Shown in pieces: positions 17,309 to 26,588 of a DNA stretch of 64,000 nucleotides. Made by a program: the position numbers and the translations under genes. The notes below the pieces were generated by a model. That model saw only the letters and a list, made by a program, of their open reading frames with translations. It was not told the DNA's origin and searched no databases. Position 1 is the stretch's first letter. Every line of letters begins with the position of its first letter. Origin of the DNA: Planctomycetota bacterium (GTDB taxonomy: Bacteria > Planctomycetota > UBA8108 > UBA1146). The DNA is taken from positions 180,455-244,454 of the forward strand of contig JADHSM010000001.1 in assembly GCA_016776905.1 (NCBI GenBank), written 5' to 3'.

Positions 17309-18943
17309 ATGGCCAAGGAATTGACATTCGAGGACTCCGCCAGGGAAAAGTTGCTCATGGGAGCAGAGAAAGTCGCCCGCGCAGTTAAGACGACTCTCGG
17401 TCCCCGAGGACGAAATGCGATTATCGATCGTTCCTGGGGTGGACCTAAAGTGACCAAAGATGGAGCGTCAGTCGCCGAAGAAATCGATCTTGAGGATCGC
17501 GTCGAGAACATTGGAGCTCGATTGATGCGTGAAGCGGGATCGTTAACCGCCCGTGAGGCGGGAGACGGAAGCACGACAGCAACCGTTCTTGCGAATGCGA
17601 TCTTTTCCCAAGGTATGCGTCAGGTTGCTGCGGGAGAAAATCCCGTTCTTTTACAGAGAAGCCTGCTGACTATCTCAGGAAAAATCGATGCCGCTCTTCG
17701 CGAGATGGCTGTTGAAGTCAAGAATAACGACGACGTCACAAACATTGCGACCATTGCCGCAAATAGTGATATTCAAATCGGTAAGATGATCGCCGAAGCC
17801 CTCGAAAGAGTGGGAGAAGACGGTGTCTGTAGTATCGAAGAGGGGAAAAGCCTAGATACAGCTCTCGAAGTTGTCGACGGCCTTCACTTCGATCGTGGAT
17901 ATCTCTCTCAGCAATTTGTAACGAATGCAGATTCTGCAGCGATCACCCTTGAGGATCCTTACGTCTTGATTATGGAAGAAAAGGTATCGAACATTTCCCA
18001 GATTCTTCCCGTACTTGAAAAAGTCGTAGAAAAAAGGAAACCGCTGCTTCTTATTGCAGAGGACGTCGATGGCGAAGCACTTTCAACTCTCGTTGTGAAT
18101 TGCAAAAAAGGTGCACTCGAAGTCGTGGCAGTGAAGGCTCCAGGATATGGAGACCGCAGGAAAGCGATACTCGAAGACATTGCAGTTGCTACCGGTGGTC
18201 GGGCTATTCTCAAGGACCTTGGGATTGAGCCTTCTGGAATCAAGATTTCTGATCTTGGTAAGGCCCGGAAAATTGATGTGAACTCTCAGACTACGACGGT
18301 TCTTCAAGGCGGCGGCAAGAAAAAAGATCTCGCCGAACGTACACGATTGATCCGTCTTGAAATCGATAATGCCAGCAGCGATTACGATCGTGAAAAACTC
18401 CAAGAGCGCCTTGCAAGGTTGATTGGTGGAGTGGCTGTGATCCGCGTCGGTGGAGCCACAGAAGGAGAAGTGAAGGAGCGTAAGAAGCGTTTTGATAACT
18501 CTCTCGCTGCTACAAGGTCTGCTATTGAAGCAGGCGTACTCCCCGGAGGTGGTATCGGATTGATTTTGGCGAGTGTGCACGTCTCGGAGATGAGGCTCAA
18601 AGGAGCGACCGAGAAACTTGCTGCTGTGATCATGAAAAAGGCACTCGAGGAGCCGTTCCGTCAGTTGGCGGCAAACGCGGACGTGGAACCTTCAAGTTTG
18701 TTGCGACACATCCTTGCTGAGGAAAGCGAAAGTTTCGGCTATGACTTCGCCAAGTTGGATTATTGCGACATGTACGAGAGTGGAATCATTGACTCCTGTA
18801 CCGTGATTTCCAATGCTCTGCAAAACGCCGTGAGTACGGCGACTATGCTTCTTACCTCCAATGCGGTGATCACGGATATCCCGAAGGAGACTGAAGAAGA
18901 AGATCACCATCACCATGACCACGAAGGCGTCGGCGCATTCTAG
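17309..18943 (+). CDS. groEL: Chaperonin GroEL (Cpn60) paralog 1 with a histidine-rich C-terminal tail
   Basis: MAKELTFEDSAREKL...GPRGRNAIID...AGDGSTTATVLANA canonical motifs. The C-terminus is ...EEEDHHHHDHEGVGAF rather than a GGM repeat. AGGAGAG ribosome-binding site upstream. Confidence 0.95.
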   Translation: MAKELTFEDSAREKLLMGAEKVARAVKTTLGPRGRNAIIDRSWGGPKVTKDGASVAEEIDLEDRVENIGARLMREAGSLTAREAGDGSTTATVLANAIFSQGMRQVAAGENPVLLQRSLLTISGKIDAALREMAVEVKNNDDVTNIATIAANSDIQIGKMIAEALERVGEDGVCSIEEGKSLDTALEVVDGLHFDRGYLSQQFVTNADSAAITLEDPYVLIMEEKVSNISQILPVLEKVVEKRKPLLLIAEDVDGEALSTLVVNCKKGALEVVAVKAPGYGDRRKAILEDIAVATGGRAILKDLGIEPSGIKISDLGKARKIDVNSQTTTVLQGGGKKKDLAERTRLIRLEIDNASSDYDREKLQERLARLIGGVAVIRVGGATEGEVKERKKRFDNSLAATRSAIEAGVLPGGGIGLILASVHVSEMRLKGATEKLAAVIMKKALEEPFRQLAANADVEPSSLLRHILAEESESFGYDFAKLDYCDMYESGIIDSCTVISNALQNAVSTATMLLTSNAVITDIPKETEEEDHHHHDHEGVGAF

Positions 18944-18963
18944 AAAATTGAGGGAGAACTCTA

Positions 18964-20568
18964 ATGACGAAGCAAATTCTTTTTGATGAAGAATCCCGCC
19001 GCCAGTTGCGGAACGGAATCAGAACCCTGGCCCGCGCCGTAAAGGTGACCTATGGGCCTTCTGGTAGAAACGTACTTCTCGGAAAAAGCATGGGGAAGTT
19101 AGAGATGACCAAAGATGGTCAAACCGTTTCTAAGGAAATCGAAGTGGCTCAGCCCTTCGAGAATATGGGGGCTCGACTTCTGAACGAAGTGGCGAGTAAA
19201 ACTAATAAAGAGGTAGGGGATGGAACAACTTCTTCCATCATTCTTGCCGAAGCGATGATCGAAAAAGGAAGTCGCTATGCACTGACAGGTGTCAGTCCAG
19301 TGGAACTTCGGAATGGTATCGAAAAAGCGGTTGCGACTGCTGTGAAAGAGCTGGGGTCGCTGGCTTCTCCGGTTGAAAAGAAACAAGAGATTATCCACGT
19401 TGGAACCATTGCCGCGAATGAGCCGGAACTCGGTAAACTTTTCGGCGAAGCCATTCACAAGGTGGGCGAAAAAGGTGTAGTCACCGTTGAAGAAAACGAT
19501 GGTGTCGGCACTCACTTGGATCTCGTCGAGGGGCTTGAAATCGATAAGGGTTGGATTTCACCCTACTTTGTGACGGATCGCATGAGTGCGATGTGCCAAT
19601 TTGAGAAGCCATTCATTCTTTTCACTGATTACAAGATCAGTAATTTGCAAGATCTTCTTCCTGTCCTCGAAATTGTAGTACCTACTCGCAGACCTCTCGT
19701 GATTATCGCGGAGGATGTTGAAGGGGAAGCACTGGCAGGACTACTTCTCAACAAGTTGAGAGGCGTCATGGATGTTGTCGCCATCAAAGCCCCAGGGTTC
19801 GGAGATCGCCGAAAGGCTCTTCTTGAGGACTTGGCCATCGTGACTGGTGGTCAAATGATCTCGAAGGACTCCGGTACGACGTGGGATCAGGTGACAAAAG
19901 ATCAGTTGGGTACTGTGAAGAAGATCGAAGTGAGTAAAGATCGCACTATCTTCTTCAGAGGAACCGCGAATAAAGAATCTATCGCTGATAGGTGTGCTCA
20001 GATCGAAGCTCAAATCGAGCAAACCAACTCCAACTATGACCGCGAAAAACTGGAAGAACGTCTTGCTCGTATCCAGGGAAAAATCGCAGTGATTCGTGTG
20101 GGTGGAATGACTGAAGCAGAAATCATCGAGAGAAAAGCTCGTGCCACTGATGCCTTGAGTGCTACCCGCGCGGCGATGGCAGAAGGCATTGTTCCTGGTG
20201 CTGGAACTGCATTCCTCAGAATCGCAGAAAAAGTGTCGGCAACCAGAGCCAGTGGAGACGCTCGTTTTGGAGTGGAAGTTGTGGTGAGCGCATTGAATGC
20301 GCCCACAGCCCAGTTGGCGAGGAATGCAGGCTTTGACGGGCCTGCTATCGTTTCCGAAGTGTTGGAATACGAAGACTTCGAAATGGGCTTCGATGCCAAG
20401 AATGGCAAAGTTACAGATCTTCTTTCTTGTGGAGTCATCGATCCTGTCAAAGTCTTGCGAGTGGCTCTTCAAAACGCAGCCAGTGTCGCGGCTCTGTATC
20501 TGACATCTGACACTACAATTACAGAATTGAATAAGGACGAGGACGCCATACAGGGCGCACTGGTCTAA
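18964..20568 (+). CDS. groEL: Chaperonin GroEL (Cpn60) paralog 2
   Basis: [15 protein letters not shown]...GPSGRNVLL...[14 protein letters not shown]. Lies 20 bp after paralog 1, with no groES between or upstream. The C-terminus lacks a GGM tail. Confidence 0.95.
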   Translation: MTKQILFDEESRRQLRNGIRTLARAVKVTYGPSGRNVLLGKSMGKLEMTKDGQTVSKEIEVAQPFENMGARLLNEVASKTNKEVGDGTTSSIILAEAMIEKGSRYALTGVSPVELRNGIEKAVATAVKELGSLASPVEKKQEIIHVGTIAANEPELGKLFGEAIHKVGEKGVVTVEENDGVGTHLDLVEGLEIDKGWISPYFVTDRMSAMCQFEKPFILFTDYKISNLQDLLPVLEIVVPTRRPLVIIAEDVEGEALAGLLLNKLRGVMDVVAIKAPGFGDRRKALLEDLAIVTGGQMISKDSGTTWDQVTKDQLGTVKKIEVSKDRTIFFRGTANKESIADRCAQIEAQIEQTNSNYDREKLEERLARIQGKIAVIRVGGMTEAEIIERKARATDALSATRAAMAEGIVPGAGTAFLRIAEKVSATRASGDARFGVEVVVSALNAPTAQLARNAGFDGPAIVSEVLEYEDFEMGFDAKNGKVTDLLSCGVIDPVKVLRVALQNAASVAALYLTSDTTITELNKDEDAIQGALV

Positions 20569-20576
20569 GGGAATCC

Positions 20577-21692
20577 ATGGCAGTTAGAGATTACTACGAG
20601 GTTCTCGGAGTCACTCGCGATGCGAGCGACTCCGAGATCAAGAAGGCCTATAGAAAAATGGCTCTCAAGTATCACCCGGACAAAAATCCGGGCGATGAAG
20701 CGGCTGAACGTCATTTCAAGGAAGCCGCCGAAGCCTTTGAAGTTCTCAGCGATGACGATAAGAGAAAAATCTACGACGCCCATGGGCACGAAGGCCTCAG
20801 TGGTATGGGCGGTGGTGGAGGATTCTCCAACATCGAAGATATCTTCAGGAACTTCGGTGACATCTTTGGTGGCGGTGGAGTTTTCGGAGACATCTTCGGA
20901 GGTGGGCAGGCACAGCAGCGCAGAGGTGAGAGCCTCAGGGCTCATGTCACGATCCCATTAGAAGATGCTGCAGCAGGAACTCGCCGAACGATCACTCTTC
21001 GTCGAAAAGTGCATTGCCAACCCTGTAGTGGTTCGGGGGCTGCGGCGGGAAGTCGCCCCACCTCCTGTGGAACCTGCTCGGGTACGGGGCAAGTCTTAAG
21101 AAGCCAAGGCTTCTTCAGTGTCCGTACTCACTGCCCGAACTGTCAAGGGCAAGGCGAAATCATCGAAAATCCTTGCGGCTCATGCCGAGGTGTTGGGCTG
21201 ACACAAAAAAATGAAGAGATCGAGATCGAGATTCCCGCAGGTATAGAAGAGGGCATGATTCTTCGTGTCAGTGGTCGGGGGAATGAGGGTGCTCGTGGAG
21301 TCGCTGCTGGAGATCTCCAGGTGGTGATTGGTTATGAGAGTCACGCCTTTTTTCAAAGACGCGATAATCACGTGGGGTTTGAACTTCCCGTGTCATATTC
21401 TCAAGCCGTTTTGGGATCAGAAGTGGAAGTACCCACTCTTGAAGGCAAGGCTCTCTTGACTGTTCCTGCTGGGACACAGAGTGGAGAAGTCTTAAGAATG
21501 AGGGGCATGGGTTTCCATTCAGTGCATTCTCGCCGTAAGGGAGATCAACTCGTCGAGGTGACCGTTGAAGTCCCCCAAAATATCAGTGAGGAGCAGGAAG
21601 AGCTTCTTCGCCAACTCGCTGAGATAGAGGAGACGGAAGTTGGATCACGAAGAAGGGGATTCCTTGACAGATTCAAGGAATACTTCGGGTAG
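20577..21692 (+). CDS. dnaJ: Chaperone DnaJ (type I Hsp40)
   Basis: J-domain with HPDKNP, a Gly/Phe-rich linker, and four CxxCxGxG zinc-finger repeats ([32 protein letters not shown]). Confidence 0.9.
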   Translation: MAVRDYYEVLGVTRDASDSEIKKAYRKMALKYHPDKNPGDEAAERHFKEAAEAFEVLSDDDKRKIYDAHGHEGLSGMGGGGGFSNIEDIFRNFGDIFGGGGVFGDIFGGGQAQQRRGESLRAHVTIPLEDAAAGTRRTITLRRKVHCQPCSGSGAAAGSRPTSCGTCSGTGQVLRSQGFFSVRTHCPNCQGQGEIIENPCGSCRGVGLTQKNEEIEIEIPAGIEEGMILRVSGRGNEGARGVAAGDLQVVIGYESHAFFQRRDNHVGFELPVSYSQAVLGSEVEVPTLEGKALLTVPAGTQSGEVLRMRGMGFHSVHSRRKGDQLVEVTVEVPQNISEEQEELLRQLAEIEETEVGSRRRGFLDRFKEYFG

Positions 21693-21702
21693 GAGCCAGA
21701 AT

Positions 21703-22353
21703 ATGGAATCTAATCAACAAGAAACGTCTGAGGATCACGAGAATAACCAAAAGGGTTCTCTCGATAAAGAAGCACTAAATCCAGACGAAATGAGCTCTGA
21801 ACAGTCCGACTCTGAGTCTCCGGAATCTTTCTCAAGCGAGAATGAAGTAACGGATGAGACTGTGGAATTGACACCGGAAGAAGAGAAAGCTTTCCTTCTC
21901 GATCAATTGCAGAGAGCTCATGCCGAACTTGCGAATTTTCGGCGTCGTACTCTTGAAGACAGAGCTTCCCAGAGAAAGAGAACGACCGTGGATGTTGTTC
22001 GATCTTTTCTTCCAGTACTCGATGGATTAGATGCGGCCATCAAAGCCGTCAACGAGGCTGGCGAAGACTCGAGCATTCGACAGGGTCTCGAGATGATAGC
22101 TGAGCGGGTTAATGGGGTTTTGATCGATCTCAAAGTCGAACAAATCGTAACTTCAGGTAAAGATTTCGATCCGGAAATCCATGAAGCGATGATGCAAATC
22201 GATAATCCGAATGCTCGCCAGGGAGAAATCGTAGATGAGGTAGAGAAGGGATATCGCTGCGGCGATCTTCTGATCAGAGCCTCGCGAGTGATCGTTGCTC
22301 GGGGTGGAGACTCCTCCGACGAATCGGAAGGAGGCGAAGATGCCAACGTATGA
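21703..22353 (+). CDS. grpE: Nucleotide exchange factor GrpE
   Basis: Acidic N-terminus, then LANFRRRTLEDRASQRKR...FLPVLDGLD, typical of GrpE. ATG at 21703; the track ORF extends upstream and overlaps dnaJ. Confidence 0.85.
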   Translation: MESNQQETSEDHENNQKGSLDKEALNPDEMSSEQSDSESPESFSSENEVTDETVELTPEEEKAFLLDQLQRAHAELANFRRRTLEDRASQRKRTTVDVVRSFLPVLDGLDAAIKAVNEAGEDSSIRQGLEMIAERVNGVLIDLKVEQIVTSGKDFDPEIHEAMMQIDNPNARQGEIVDEVEKGYRCGDLLIRASRVIVARGGDSSDESEGGEDANV

Positions 22354-22630
22354 TTATGTGTGCGATGCATGCGAGCACGCCTTCGAAGAATTCCAAAGGA
22401 TTGACGAAGACGTTTTAAAGAAGTGTCCGGAGTGTAAGAAAATCAAACTCCGTAGACTTTTTGGCGCAGGAAGTGGGTTACTCTTTAAGGGTAGCGGTTT
22501 CTATGAGACTGATTACCGTAGTGAGAGTTACAAAAAACGGCAGAGTGAAGACAAGAAATCTCCGGGCAAAGGAGATTCTTCCTCGAGTGGTGGGAAGAAT
22601 AAGGCCTCTTCAGAAAAGACCGGTGGATGA
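22340..22630 (+). CDS. FmdB-family zinc-ribbon protein
   Basis: MPTYDYVCDACEHAFEEFQ...CPECKK matches the FmdB putative-regulatory zinc-ribbon pattern (MPxYxYxCxxC...CPxC). Overlaps the grpE 3' end. Confidence 0.6.
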   Translation: MPTYDYVCDACEHAFEEFQRIDEDVLKKCPECKKIKLRRLFGAGSGLLFKGSGFYETDYRSESYKKRQSEDKKSPGKGDSSSSGGKNKASSEKTGG

Positions 22631-22833
22631 GTTCTTCGGTCAAATGTCCCGTCTGTAGGGAATACCTCGCTGAGACCTCCGCAGGTGCCACCAAATCTTA
22701 TCATCCATTCTGTAGTTCCTCGTGTCGAGACAGAGATCTCGGGGGTTGGTTGCAGAACCAGTACCGTATGGGATCTCGTCCGATAGAATCCGATGACGTC
22801 GAGGATTATTCTGCGGATTCGAATTCGGAGTAG
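22627..22833 (+). CDS. yacG: DNA gyrase inhibitor YacG-like zinc-binding protein
   Basis: KCPVCREY...HPFCSSSCRDRDLGGWL matches the YacG signature (CPxC...PFCSxRCxxxDLGxW). Confidence 0.6.
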   Translation: MSSSVKCPVCREYLAETSAGATKSYHPFCSSSCRDRDLGGWLQNQYRMGSRPIESDDVEDYSADSNSE

Positions 22834-22850
22834 TGTTTTTCTAAGAGCAT

Positions 22851-22890
22851 AAAAAAAAGAGGCACGGGAAATTCCCGTGCCTCTTTTTGT
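22851..22890. terminator. Bidirectional rho-independent terminator (A-tract, stem gaggcacggg/cccgtgcctc, T-tract)
   Basis: Sits between convergent genes: yacG (+, ends 22833) and the DUF1559 gene (-, ends 22912). Confidence 0.8.
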
Positions 22891-22911
22891 GCAACTGTGC
22901 GTGAACTCTGA

Positions 22912-23532
22912 CTATTCGCCGCCGGTTTGGTCGACCAGTCGCTTGGGAAGAGATCTTCCCTCTGGGATTTCTTCTGCAGCCATCTTTCTTACGTCTCCAC
23001 CTGCGTAAACAACCATGAGGAATCCTTCATGGTTTTCATCGATTTCCTCTTCTTTGTTAGCAACGGAGTCGTCACTACCAAGAGCAGTATCGGCGGAGGT
23101 CGAAGATTTTGTGCGTTTGCCGAGCCATGCATAGGAGCATGAATCTTCATCTAGGATGAAATTGCTATCCGCATCTTTTTCTGCGGGGACCTCCAAGGAA
23201 GAGGGGCAGATAAAGACGTCAGGACTCAGGTCTGATCCTGCACCGGAGTTCACGAGGACATTGAGAGACTCGTATGCCGGAGGATTTTTACCTTCCGCGA
23301 CTGGGAAGAAACGCTTCTCGAGGGAGTATGCAATCGCTGCTTGTCCCATGTTTCTCAGATTATTGGTGCAACTGACCTCGTCACCTTTCCTCAAAGCACT
23401 CAAGATGTTGCCGGAGAAAAGAGCAGCGAGAGTTCCAATGATGGCGATAACCACCAGTAGCTCGACCAAGGTGAATCCCTCGGTTCCAATGCGAAATGGG
23501 CTCTTCAGCTCGTGGGTCCCTTTAATTTTCAT
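22912..23532 (-). CDS. Prepilin-type N-terminal cleavage/methylation domain protein, DUF1559 family (planctomycete-specific pseudopilin-like)
   Basis: GFTLVELLVVIAIIGTLAALF class-III signal peptide motif after a short leader. ATG at 23532 preceded by GGAG. The body resembles the abundant planctomycete DUF1559 proteins. Confidence 0.7.
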   Translation of the reverse strand: MKIKGTHELKSPFRIGTEGFTLVELLVVIAIIGTLAALFSGNILSALRKGDEVSCTNNLRNMGQAAIAYSLEKRFFPVAEGKNPPAYESLNVLVNSGAGSDLSPDVFICPSSLEVPAEKDADSNFILDEDSCSYAWLGKRTKSSTSADTALGSDDSVANKEEEIDENHEGFLMVVYAGGDVRKMAAEEIPEGRSLPKRLVDQTGGE

Positions 23533-24173
23533 GAAGTCTCCTTCCAGGAGTCTTTTTCTGGGAGTCTGTGAGATGATCAAGATTCAGGTACTGGAGCATG
23601 GGGGAATGACAGTACTCCCAGAGCCCAATAATCTTCCTTTGTCCTGATTACTGTTGTACTTGTGAAGGATCGACGAGGGGTTTCTTTCCGGTCCCCTACG
23701 GCGAGTCCACGTCAGGTCGGGTATCATAAGCCGACAGAATAACGATTACCACCCCACGGGGGACGTTGACACCCTAGATGTTGGGTTGCTATGATTTTCG
23801 CTTCATCTTGGTCCGGTTTGAGATCCTCGACCCCTTTCTTGCCCTGGCAGGAATCTGGGGAGGGTTTGACCCCGAAAAAAGGTGGAATCGGAAGAAATGT
23901 GGTTTGGGGATGATACGTTGCCTGAGATCGGGATGAGTCCCGGTTCCGGGCGCAGTTTTGCCTGAGGTCTTGAGGAATCGTGAAATGCCTTTCCAGTGTC
24001 GGTTCTCCTTTGGGAGTTTCCGGGAGTCATCGGATAGGGCAGTCCTTCTTTGGAGGACTGCTGCAGGTGACAGGGCAACTCTTCTGATTCAGAGCAGGGT
24101 GCGACTTTTCGCTTTGAATCCCGTTTGTTGAAAACCGGAATCGAAACCAGATTCGAAATCAGGGATTCCCAAA

Positions 24174-24965
24174 TTGGAATCCGCTAGCAACACAGGAGAA
24201 ATGCCCATGTCAAAAACGCCGCTGTCAATAACACAGGTATCTCGAGTTAGAAACAATGGTACGTTCAGTCGTTGGACGACAATGATCTTGTTGATGGTAA
24301 CGATCCTCGTTCCAGCAGGGTTCCTTGATTGTTCAGTATTCGCACAAGATGCAGATGATCCCGGGATCGCAAGGCTTGAACTCAAGTTTGAACGTCCTCG
24401 ACAAATCACAGTTTTCGGGGGGAAAGGTTACGACCTTCGTCCGGACGGAGTCCCGGAGTCGGGAAGAACATATTGGTATCTTCGATACACGGTTGAGAAC
24501 AAGAGTGGCATCGATGGAACCTTCTACGTAGGGATCAAAGCACGTTCCGACAAGAATCGTCGTTACGCAAACATTGCACTGCCTTGGGTTGAAGATGCCA
24601 TCGAGCGCAAAGAGGGCAAAATGCTCTTTTCGCGTGGAGATCTTCTGGCGACGAACGGAGCCGGAGACTTGGGACTGAAGGTCAATGCTGGTGAGAAGAA
24701 GGAGTGTGTGGCTATCTTCAACGCCATCGACCCGGAAGCCGACAATATTACGGTTGATTTCCACGGTTTGGTCGACGATATCGAGGTTGAAGAGACAGCT
24801 GGCGGGAATCTTAAATTGACGGAGAGAGTTCTTCGTTTGGATTTCCACCGTCCTGGAGATGAGTTTTACACCTCAATGGATCTGTTCCGATTCAAGAAGA
24901 AGTCTTGGATTCGTAACACACTGGAGTTTTCGGGCCCTGATCTGACACCTGTTAAACAGGACTGA
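24174..24965 (+). CDS. Hypothetical secreted protein
   Basis: Hydrophobic signal-like segment (MILLMVTILVPAGFLDCSVFAQ). The likely true start is the internal ATG around 24282. No recognisable domain. Confidence 0.4.
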   Translation: MESASNTGEMPMSKTPLSITQVSRVRNNGTFSRWTTMILLMVTILVPAGFLDCSVFAQDADDPGIARLELKFERPRQITVFGGKGYDLRPDGVPESGRTYWYLRYTVENKSGIDGTFYVGIKARSDKNRRYANIALPWVEDAIERKEGKMLFSRGDLLATNGAGDLGLKVNAGEKKECVAIFNAIDPEADNITVDFHGLVDDIEVEETAGGNLKLTERVLRLDFHRPGDEFYTSMDLFRFKKKSWIRNTLEFSGPDLTPVKQD

Positions 24966-24967
24966 TC

Positions 24968-25252
24968 ATGTCTCAAAACAGGGGAGGGGTGTCGGAGATG
25001 ACCGCAGAGCATGAGGACTTTGTGAGTCGTCTGCCGGACAAAGACAAAACTTTGCTGATTCTTCGAGATCAACTCTACGAAGGATCGTGGCAAGAGATGG
25101 TGATGGATCTGGACGGACGCCTCAATAATGGCTTCCAGGTCTTTGAACTCACGGAATTGATTGAAGCAGATTTAGCAAGGATCGAAGTCCTCGCTGATTA
25201 CGAAAATAAACATGACATCAATCTTGGGGACTTCCTCGAGGATGAGAATTAA
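24968..25252 (+). CDS. Hypothetical acidic protein (94 aa)
   Basis: ORF starts 3 bp after the previous stop. No recognisable motif. Confidence 0.3.
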   Translation: MSQNRGGVSEMTAEHEDFVSRLPDKDKTLLILRDQLYEGSWQEMVMDLDGRLNNGFQVFELTELIEADLARIEVLADYENKHDINLGDFLEDEN

Positions 25253-25331
25253 ATTTAGTCAGGTTCAATGAACACCAATTCGTGAACGCGATTTGGAGTA
25301 TCACCCTGACCAAGAGTGGAGAACCGAGCCC

Positions 25332-26546
25332 ATGATCTCGCGCATTTCACAGAGTCTTTTTGCCCTACTGTTGTTGGTCTCGATGCTGTCCGGATGTTCC
25401 GGAGGGGGAGAGACCCGCAACGAAGAAGCCAAGCCGATGAGTAAGAACGAAGTCCGGACGATTCGATCCGCAGCAAATGCTGACGGTATTGGATTCACCA
25501 AGGAGGACGTTGCTTCGATGGGTTTAGATGTCGGTTGGCAGTATCGTCATTCTGCTCCTGTGATCCAAACCTTCGTTGAGAACGACAATATCTACATCGT
25601 TTCTTCAACCAGTGATTATCCTTATGTCTTGATCAAGATAGACGGACAAACGGGCTTGCCTCGTTGGACATATCCTTTGAAGGCTCGATTGGAGTTCGCT
25701 CCTTCGGTCTACGTCTACCCCGAAGAAATTCGGAGTCAGAACGCTGACGAGCTCTACATTGTTGAGCTGGGTTCCATCTACTGCATCGACGATCAGTATG
25801 GAGCTCCTAACTTCACCATTAAGTGTGACTTTCCCATATCTACAGGAGTCTCTCCAGGACAGGATTCATTGATCCTGGGTGGATTTGATATGAGAGCATA
25901 CGGTGTTTCCAAGGAAGATCGTTTCGTCAGTTGGACCTTCCTCACTGGCGGTGGAGTCACTGCAGATGCTGTGAATTTCGCCAATGCTTCATTCGTGGGA
26001 AGTGAAGACGGCAACGTCTACAAGTTGATCCAATCTGCAGGATTTATCCGAAGTGACTGCTGGAGTTACGAAACGATGGGATCCATCGAGCATTCTCCTA
26101 CGGTTTTTGGAGACAGGATATATGTCAGTTCTAGAGATACAAAGATTCACTGCCTTTCCGATGCAGGTGAGGAGAGTTTCCTTCATTGGTCTACACCGAC
26201 AGGGAAGCCTGTGGTCTCCAGTCCAGTCGTGACAGCCGCTTCTGTTTACGCGATTCTGAGAGATGACCGTTACTCTGCTCCTGTGACTGAGTTGGTCAGC
26301 CTAGATACCGCTGACGGTAGTGAACGTTGGAGAAAAGCTGGAGTGACGGATGTCCTTCACACCTCTTCCAGAATGATTTCGTTCTTGGACGCTTCCGGGA
26401 AAATCGTCAGTTGCTCTGCAAGTGATGGCGAAGAGAAGTGGTCATTAGATACAGCAGATTGCGACGAGGTTCTCTCCTTGTCTTCCGCATTTGTGTTGGT
26501 CTACGATGCTGAAGGTTTGATCCAAAAAATCACCGTACGTCGCTGA
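25332..26546 (+). CDS. Lipoprotein with PQQ-like beta-propeller repeats (BamB-like fold)
   Basis: Lipobox LLLLVSMLSGCSG. Repeated 'D-G-x-x-W-x-x' blade-like segments (IKIDGQTGLPRWTY, LDTADGSERWRKA, SCSASDGEEKWSL). Confidence 0.55.
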   Translation: MISRISQSLFALLLLVSMLSGCSGGGETRNEEAKPMSKNEVRTIRSAANADGIGFTKEDVASMGLDVGWQYRHSAPVIQTFVENDNIYIVSSTSDYPYVLIKIDGQTGLPRWTYPLKARLEFAPSVYVYPEEIRSQNADELYIVELGSIYCIDDQYGAPNFTIKCDFPISTGVSPGQDSLILGGFDMRAYGVSKEDRFVSWTFLTGGGVTADAVNFANASFVGSEDGNVYKLIQSAGFIRSDCWSYETMGSIEHSPTVFGDRIYVSSRDTKIHCLSDAGEESFLHWSTPTGKPVVSSPVVTAASVYAILRDDRYSAPVTELVSLDTADGSERWRKAGVTDVLHTSSRMISFLDASGKIVSCSASDGEEKWSLDTADCDEVLSLSSAFVLVYDAEGLIQKITVRR

Positions 26547-26588
26547 TGGGTATCGCCCATCGTTGACTGAGATAACCGGAATTTCTTC

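Noticed and set aside
19741-20472. 243-aa minus-strand ORF inside groEL paralog 2
   Set aside because: It is antisense to a conserved chaperonin frame and its sequence is Cys/His-rich and low-complexity. It is a chance ORF.
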